From IMG/VR virus record IMGVR_UViG_2671180349_000004: 17,885 bases of DNA; one strand, written 5' to 3'. Position numbers and translations under genes: made by a program. This document shows, one piece after another, positions 16,444 through 17,885 of this stretch (positions are counted from its first letter, which is position 1; every line of letters begins with the position of its first letter). The DNA comes from a virus. Taxonomy: Duplodnaviria; Heunggongvirae; Uroviricota; Caudoviricetes. The notes under the pieces were generated by a model. That model searched no databases. It was given only the letters and a program-made list of their open reading frames with translations, and was not told the origin of the DNA.

Positions 16444-17885
16444 ATGAGTACCACAACACGAAAATTTAAAACCGTTATCACCGATACGGGTGAAAAAAAA
16501 TTAGCGCAGGCAGCCACACCAGATGGTAAACCGGTCCGCCTGACTCACATGGCCGTGGGTGACGGCGGCGGCACGTTGCCCTCGCCAGACAGTAAGCAGA
16601 CCCGTCTTGTGCATGAGGTGTGGCGACACACTGTTAATCGCGTCATCCTGGACGCAACACATCAGAACCGCATTATTGCAGAGCTGGTTATTCCTCCTGA
16701 AACGGGCGGATTCTGGATCCGGGAAATTGGTGTATTTGATGAGCACGGCGATTTAATCGCGGTGGGCAATACTGCCGAAAGTTACAAACCAACCGTTGCC
16801 GAAGGGTCCGGACGTGCACAAACATTTCGCACCATTCTGACCGTATCCAGCACGGCCACCGTGGCGCTTACCGTGGATAACACCATGGTGATGGCCACAG
16901 TGGATTACGTGGATGACAAACTGAAAGAGCATGAACAGTCACGACGTCACCCGGACGCCTCGCTGACTGCAAAAGGCTTTGTTCAACTCAGTAGCGCCAC
17001 CAACAGCACGTCTGAAGCACTGGCCGCAACGCCGAAAGCGGTCAAGGCAGCCTATGACCTTGCTAACGGGAAATATACCGCACAGGACGCCACTACAGCG
17101 CGGAAAGGACTTGTCCAGCTCAGTAGCGCCACCAACAGCGATTCAGAAACGCTGGCGGCAACACCAATGGCGGTAAAGGCAGCATATGACCTTGCTAACG
17201 GGAAATATACTGCGCAGGATGCCACCACAGCGCGGAAAGGCCTTGTCCAGCTCAGTAGCGCCACCAACAGCACGTCTGAAACGCTGGCGGCAACGCCAAA
17301 GTCGGTAAAGGCAGCCTATGACCTTGCTAACGGGAAATATACCGCTCAGGACGCTACGACAGCACAAAAAGGAATTGTCCAGCTAAGCAGCGCGACTAAC
17401 AGCGCATCTGAAACGCTTGCTGCGACACCGAAAGCAGTGAAAGCAGCTAATGACAATGCGAATGGTCGGGTACCTTCTGCCCGTAAGGTGAATGGTAAGG
17501 CGCTTTCAGCGGATATAACACTGACACCGAAAGATATTGGTACGCTTAACTCAACAACAATGTCATTCAGAGGTGGTGCTGGTTGGTTCAAATTAGCAAC
17601 GGTAACCATGCCACAGGCGAGTTCTGTTGTTTCAATTACGTTGATTGGTGGCGCTGGATATAACGTCGGTTCACCTCAACAGGCAGGTATATCTGAAATT
17701 GTTTTGCGTGCAGGTAATGGTAATCCGAAGGGGATTACTGGTGCTTTATGGCAGCGCACATCGGCAGGGTTTACAAATTTTGCCTGGGTCAATACATCTG
17801 GTGATACTTACGATATTTACGTTGCAATCGGAAATTATGCGACTGGTGTAAATATTCAATGGGATTATACCAGTAATGCCAGCGT
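16444..17885 (+). CDS. H: Tail fibre protein gpH, 5' partial (runs off the window end)
   Basis: ATG 16444, 3 nt after the I stop. The frame is open to the window end (480 codons, translated by hand). Contains 44-aa tandem repeats of the phage tail-fibre repeat type (QLSSATNS...ETLAATPKAVK...AYDLANGKYTAQDATTA). Not in the ORF track because no stop lies within the window. Confidence 0.85.
   Translation, partial: MSTTTRKFKTVITDTGEKKLAQAATPDGKPVRLTHMAVGDGGGTLPSPDSKQTRLVHEVWRHTVNRVILDATHQNRIIAELVIPPETGGFWIREIGVFDEHGDLIAVGNTAESYKPTVAEGSGRAQTFRTILTVSSTATVALTVDNTMVMATVDYVDDKLKEHEQSRRHPDASLTAKGFVQLSSATNSTSEALAATPKAVKAAYDLANGKYTAQDATTARKGLVQLSSATNSDSETLAATPMAVKAAYDLANGKYTAQDATTARKGLVQLSSATNSTSETLAATPKSVKAAYDLANGKYTAQDATTAQKGIVQLSSATNSASETLAATPKAVKAANDNANGRVPSARKVNGKALSADITLTPKDIGTLNSTTMSFRGGAGWFKLATVTMPQASSVVSITLIGGAGYNVGSPQQAGISEIVLRAGNGNPKGITGALWQRTSAGFTNFAWVNTSGDTYDIYVAIGNYATGVNIQWDYTSNAS
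16972..17460 (+). repeat. Tandem 132-nt (44-codon) repeats inside tail fibre H: three full copies (16972-17367) and a diverged partial fourth
   Basis: Read directly: unit starts at 16972, 17104, 17236 and 17368 (AAAGG...GTCCAGCTCAGTAGCGCCACCAACAGC...). These repeats create the spurious antisense ORFs at 17052-17609. Confidence 0.9.

Noticed and set aside
17052-17609. Three overlapping minus-strand ORFs (73-87 aa) with repetitive translations
   Set aside because: Artefacts of the antisense reading of the tail-fibre tandem repeats; their amino-acid repeats mirror the 132-nt period.

Overview
This 17.9-kb window is a contiguous segment of a P2-like (Peduovirus-type) temperate phage or prophage in an enterobacterial-type background (about 55% GC by eye). 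Left to right: replication initiator gene A (68-2740, +); a roughly 2.5-kb cargo island (2741-5233) in the position where P2 itself carries tin/old; portal Q and terminase ATPase P on the minus strand; then on the plus strand capsid scaffold O, major capsid N, small terminase M, head completion L, tail X, a lysis cassette (holin, M15-peptidase endolysin, overlapping i-/o-spanins), tail completion R and S, baseplate V, W, J, I, and the first 480 codons of tail fibre H. The cargo island is the most interesting part: it encodes a ParM-like actin-fold ATPase and a ParR-like adaptor (a plasmid-type partition pair), followed by an AT-rich block with a sigma70-like promoter, a structured leader or small-RNA candidate, and an 89-aa Cys/His ORF closed by a clean intrinsic terminator. 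I do not know of a described system with this composition in a P2 accessory locus; whether it is a partition module, a defence or exclusion system, or a recombination remnant cannot be decided from sequence. Beyond it lies a repeat-rich non-coding stretch with two candidate cos sites. No rRNA, tRNA, CRISPR array, transposase or integrase was recognised. All homology calls rest on family signatures and reference sequences recalled from memory; no database search or alignment was run.
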